Positions 59,002 through 64,000 of a DNA stretch of 64,000 bases are shown piece by piece. Location of the stretch: NCBI RefSeq assembly GCF_009914755.1, contig NC_060931.1. One strand, written 5' to 3'. The translations under genes were made by a program, and so were the position numbers. This DNA is from the human T2T-CHM13v2.0 reference genome, Homo sapiens. Numbering within the stretch: the stretch's first letter is position 1; each line of letters begins with the position of its first letter. The notes beneath the pieces are model-generated. The model ran no database searches, had not been told where the DNA came from, and saw nothing but the letters and a program-made list of their open reading frames with translations.

Positions 59002-60139
59002 TTTACTAGTAATCTTAATTTTAAAACAAAACACTTTTTAAAAGTATTTATAATCACAGTCTTTACTGTGAGAAGAGGAAATTGAGGCTCAATTGACTTT
59101 AACTAACGTGTTGAGAATCACATAATAAATACAATTGAAGTTCAGGTTTATGATTGCAAATCATTTTTGGAATTAGGCTTGTTTCTTAGTACTTTAATGT
59201 CAAATTTGGGGTATTTTATAGCAAATCAAAGACATTTCTAGAGTCCTGTACCAATGCCAGTTTTATTTCACCTCTTATTACCTATTAAAAATTTTACTCT
59301 AAAATGAAAATTTTTATTACTAAGCAATATTTTTCTTTCTATACTCTGATCAAGATTTGATTTCATCCCAAATAAAAGTATATTGGATGTAACTGAAACC
59401 ACTGGAATGTGTATGATTAGTCAGGGTGTTCTTATGAAACCAACCTCAAGATAGAAATGGGTGTAGCACTGGTTTTAATTCATGTATTTATATGAGGTTT
59501 GGTTATTCATTCTGTCAAGGACACATAATGAACATGGCCTCATGAAGATGATAATATGGTAAAACTAACTGGTTGGGTAACATTAAATGTCTTTAATAAA
59601 ATCCAAGAATATCAGATACTACCATGACCCTAAATCTTTACCTTTTCTATTTACCTTGTCAAACTATCCCTGACCTTTTTTATAGTATTTTATTTTAAAT
59701 GGATTGACTTACATGGCTCGAATAGAAACAAAGAAACTGTAAAATTTCTCTGCTTATTTCACTGTATATAGCTATGGCTTTAATGTGTTGTGGGTTTTTT
59801 TCCTTCCCACTGTAAAATTAAACAAAGTTTGACAGTGAAATATTCCAATTGCTAGACCACAATATATGTATGAACTTTGCCTGATAGAATAGAATGTTGA
59901 AAGTAAATATTTCTCTAAACTCTGCCCAAATATGTTTTGTCTACTTGAGTGCCAAAGAAATAATAATGACAATAATGCATAGCAGAGAATATGGAGGAGA
60001 ACTGAAATAGTTTTCTATCAAAGGAATATTGTTCACTCACAAACAATCTTTTTCCAAAATTGTAAAGTCCTAAACAAGCATTTCCATGCCAGCATAGTAT
60101 TATTAATTTACATTTAATTGTTACAGATTGATAATGAAA

Positions 60140-60430
60140 TTTTTCTTTTTTTTTTTTTTGAGAGGGAGTCTCCATCACCAGGGCTGGAGTGCAGTGGCGC
60201 AATCTTGGCTCACTGCAACCTCCATCTCCTGGGTTCAAGTGATTATTGTGCCTTAGTTTCCTGAGGAGCTGGGATTACAGGCACCTGCCACTACACCCAG
60301 GTAATTTTTTGCATTTTTAGTAGAGACGGGGTTTCACCATCTTGGCCAGGCTGGTCTCGAACTCTTGACCTCGTGATTCGCATGCCTCGGCCTCCCAAAG
60401 TGCTGGAATTACAGGTGTGAGCCACTGCAC
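60140..60430 (-). mobile_element. AluS (Sc/Sg-like)
   Basis: Near-full dimer with T tract on the + strand. Confidence 0.9.
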
Positions 60431-60552
60431 AATATCTTAAATGCTACACAAATGTCATCTAATAGCTATCACAGGTATAAGTCGGTTATGTATTTCTCTG
60501 GAAACTGCAAAATGCTAAAAAAAAAAAATCTAATAGATATTAAGTACTTGTA

Positions 60553-61605
60553 CTGTCATGTATGGGTTGATGACAGAGATACATTCTGAGAAATGCATCA
60601 TTACGTGATTTTGTCATTGTGCGAAAAATCATAAAGTACACTTACCTACTACCTAGGCTAGATGATAGTCTGTTGCTCCTAGGATACGAACCTGTATAGC
60701 ATGCTACTGTACTGAATATTTTAGGCAATGATAACACAATAGTAAGTATTTGTGTATCTAAACGTATCTAAACATAGAAAAGGTACAATAAAAGTATGGT
60801 AGAAAAGATTTTTAAATGGTACACCTGTGTAGGGCATTTATCATGAATGGAGCTTGCAGGACTGGCAGTTGCTTTGGTCAAGTCAGTCAGTGAGTGGTGA
60901 GTGAATGTGAAGGCCTAGGACATTGCTATACACTACTGCAGACTTTATAGTCGCCATACACTTAGGCTACACTAATTTTTTTTAAAGTATTTTTCTTTCT
61001 TCAGTAATACATTAATGTTAGCTTTCTGCAAGTACTTTACAATATAAACTATTGAATTTTTAAAACTTTTTGATGCTTTTGTAAAAACATTTAGCTTAAA
61101 ACACATATTGTACACCTGTCCCAACATGTTTTCTTTCCTTACATTCTTGTTTGATAAATTATTATTATTTTTAAAATTTGTTATTATTATTTCACTTTTT
61201 AAACTCCTTTTGTTAAAAATGAAGACACAAAAACATACACTAGCCTAGGCCTACACAGGGTAAGGATCATCAATATCTGTGTCTTTCACCTCCACATCTT
61301 GTCCTACTGGAAGGACTTCAGGGTCAACAGCACATATATTTGATATCTCTATATTATAGGAGATAACACATTATCTCCTATGATAACAATGCTACCTTCT
61401 GGAATACCTCCTGAAGGATCTGCCAGAGGATGTTTTATAAGTAATTTTTTATAAGTAGAAGGAGTACAATGTAAAATAACAACAGAAAGTGAAGTATTGA
61501 AAATGTTAGGCAATAGGAAATTTTAGGCCCATTATAATCTTATGGGACCACTGTCATATGTGGGATTTATTCTTGTCCATAATGTTGTTATGCAGCGCAT
61601 GACTA
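60553..61605 (+). mobile_element. Tigger3b-like (Golem) TcMar DNA transposon deletion derivative
   Basis: TA|ctgtcatg...acattctgagaaatgcatcatta...ataatcttatgggaccac...gcgcatgacta|TA, with inverted termini and TA duplication. Confidence 0.85.
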
Positions 61606-62904
61606 TACTCGCAAGATTGTTGGTTTCCAAAGTCTCATAATTTTGTTAAAAGTTATTTAGTAGGTCAGTTTAAATTGACATCTTTTTAAGTTAAAATCCT
61701 TATTAATGTACTAAACAACATAGCTAAGATGTGAAATATAAACTTAAAATCCCTGGAGATATAAATAATAAAAATTCACGAAAACACAATATAAATGCAA
61801 AATTATGCACATTCTAATTCATATCAGAAAATAATTAAATAATAAAAACCTTATTTTTACAATGTCGTGATATGATACAATTCTACAAAATAAAATGTAA
61901 TTGTATTAATAGGTAGAAAATTAAGTCCTAGAAACTGAGATGGATAACACATCAGAGTCTTTGAGCTGCATGAAGTCACAGACCATTTTTATAGTGTTCA
62001 TCTCTGTATCACCAGAATTTAGCATTGTGCCAGGACTATCATATCTACTAATATACATTTATTTACAGTGGAAATTAGTTAATGAACCCTGTTTTAAAAA
62101 TGTATTATAACTGAAAGGAAATATGCAAAGGAACCATGACAAATACAGAAGTAAGAGACTCTGGAAATTAGAAATTCTTAAGATAACAATATTTTAGTGT
62201 CTCCTGTAACTTCATTTGCAACAGTAGTGGCAAAATTAGTCTCCAAATATACGTTGGTAAAGGTTTTCTACTGGAGAATAATATGGTGCAGAATCAGGAT
62301 GATAACTTGTGACTGTTCCTAGTTTATCTTTCTCATACTGGGGCACCTCACTTTATGCATGGTCTCCTTGAGGAAGGCCTTAAATTCTTTAATTTCTTGT
62401 ATTTATTTCATTTTTTCATCAATACTAATTCATTCACTCATTTAATACATGTTGGTTTAAAAGACATTTTAGGTTTTGGCGATATAACAATAAAGACAAT
62501 ATGGCAATTTATCCACCCCTGAGTGCCTGTATAGTTTTCTAAATCTAAACATACATACTCTATAGTGGCCAACAGAGTCCATTTGGACAGTTGTTAGCTG
62601 TTGTTGTTTTTAACTTCTAAGATAAAGTACCAATGTGTTTGTTCATTGGGGTAATCTATGGGACATGGTGATTGATAAGGATTAGTCATCACTCTATACC
62701 AGACTGATAAATTAGATCACATTGATACTTTAGCATACAAATTATTATAAACAAATAAGGCTAATGTGCCTGATTTTAAAAATCATAATAGAATTATGAT
62801 TATTTTATTATCTTGAAGACTTAAACCAAGGATTAATAGGAAAGGCTACTGGGAATGTAGCTCATTTTCAGTTTAGCTAAACTAAAATAATAAAATTATA
62901 TTAA

Positions 62905-63090
62905 CAATGACATTTTGAGCTAAGTACTCGTTACTGTCTTTGATGCATTACTGATAGTGTTTCTAATTCTTCCATTATCCTGGTGAAATAGGTATTATGC
63001 TCATTGTTTTACTGATGGTGGAGCTCAGAGGGATGGTTTAAGTGTTCCAAATGGATTTGTCATGTAGCTATGACTGTAGAGTCTAAACCC
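62905..63090 (-). mobile_element. MIR fragment
   Basis: gtgaaataggtattat...ttttactgatgg...gctcagaggg. Confidence 0.5.
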
Positions 63091-64000
63091 TTTCCAGTAG
63101 AACACTGTGTAGTTTGTTATTACAAAACATCTATGCTACAATTCACCAGTTGTATGTTTCAATGTTAATTATAATGCCAATTGAATGAATATATATTAGG
63201 AGCTTTCCATATTATACCTCATTTTTTCTTTAAAATACTACTGAAGAGTGAGGAATAACATTGTATATAGGTATGAAATTGTTGGGGTAAGACATCTTGG
63301 GAAAACTGCTTACCATTAAAATATTGAATCAACTGAAAATTTGAATCCAGCCTATTCATTTTATAGGTAAACTACCACAGACACCTGAAGACTAAATGAG
63401 ATCACTTGAAGTTGTCAGACTAGATGCAATATTTTCTCATTTTTCTGTCTACCAACTTCTTCTAATACGTGTTTTTTTTTTTTGCAGTTATAAATATCTC
63501 AATAGATGTTTGCTCTATTCTTTTATCAAAAAATTCAAATAACACATTTACAGGCATGTATTTTTCTGTCATATGTCATTAATCATTTCAAGGTGTGCTT
63601 TAATTTAAACTATTTCTATTAGCTGACTTCCCAAAAGGAACAACAGACACATGGTATATGTTAGACTACTTTAGTTCTCCTCTTTCCCTTCACCCCATGT
63701 CCTGCTGCTTCCACCCAACCCCCCTCTCACCCGTACCCCCATTCCTCCAACCCTATACAAATCCCCCTGGGCCATCTGTGATTCAGGATAAAGGGACAAA
63801 TATATGTACATTTCTTAAGCATGTAGACTAGGAATCTATAACAAATTTACTGTCAGTGATACAAACCTCTCAAATTTTTTTTTGCTAACAAATGATTTCT
63901 TTAAGAAAATATGAAATAATTCATACATAAGCTAAAAATTGACTGAAATGTCTTCAGTATTCTGTCATTCCGAATATATTTCCTTTAGTACATTCATGGA

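Overview
Primate DNA, almost certainly human (or a very close hominid), containing the 3' end of SEMA3A (semaphorin 3A) on the minus strand. Five coding exons are reconstructed from GT-AG boundaries and continuous reading frame: 47832-47873, 43715-43872, 39523-39587, 25585-25727 and 23751-24206. They total 864 nt (287 aa plus stop) and encode the end of the Sema domain, the PSI and Ig domains and the basic tail. A long AU-rich 3'UTR follows, with candidate poly(A) sites near 21.0 kb and 18.16 kb; about 1-18 kb is downstream intergenic DNA. The rest is AT-rich intron or intergenic sequence with about 19 Alu/FLAM elements, a full-length but inactivated sense-oriented L1PA2-like element (51720-57742), DNA transposons (MER1B, Tigger3b-like, Tc2-like), old LTRs, MIR/L2 relics and microsatellites. 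I see no convincing evidence of a previously undescribed biological system. The best leads are regulatory: a possible L1-promoter-driven truncated SEMA3A transcript, loss of the L1's own poly(A) signal, overlapping MORE (POU-dimer) and RBFOX motifs next to the 65-nt exon, an 11-nt miR-30 match, a strong downstream CTCF motif, alternative polyadenylation, and inverted Alu pairs bracketing exons. Exon numbers (13-17), residue numbers and repeat subfamily names come from my recall, not from a database search.
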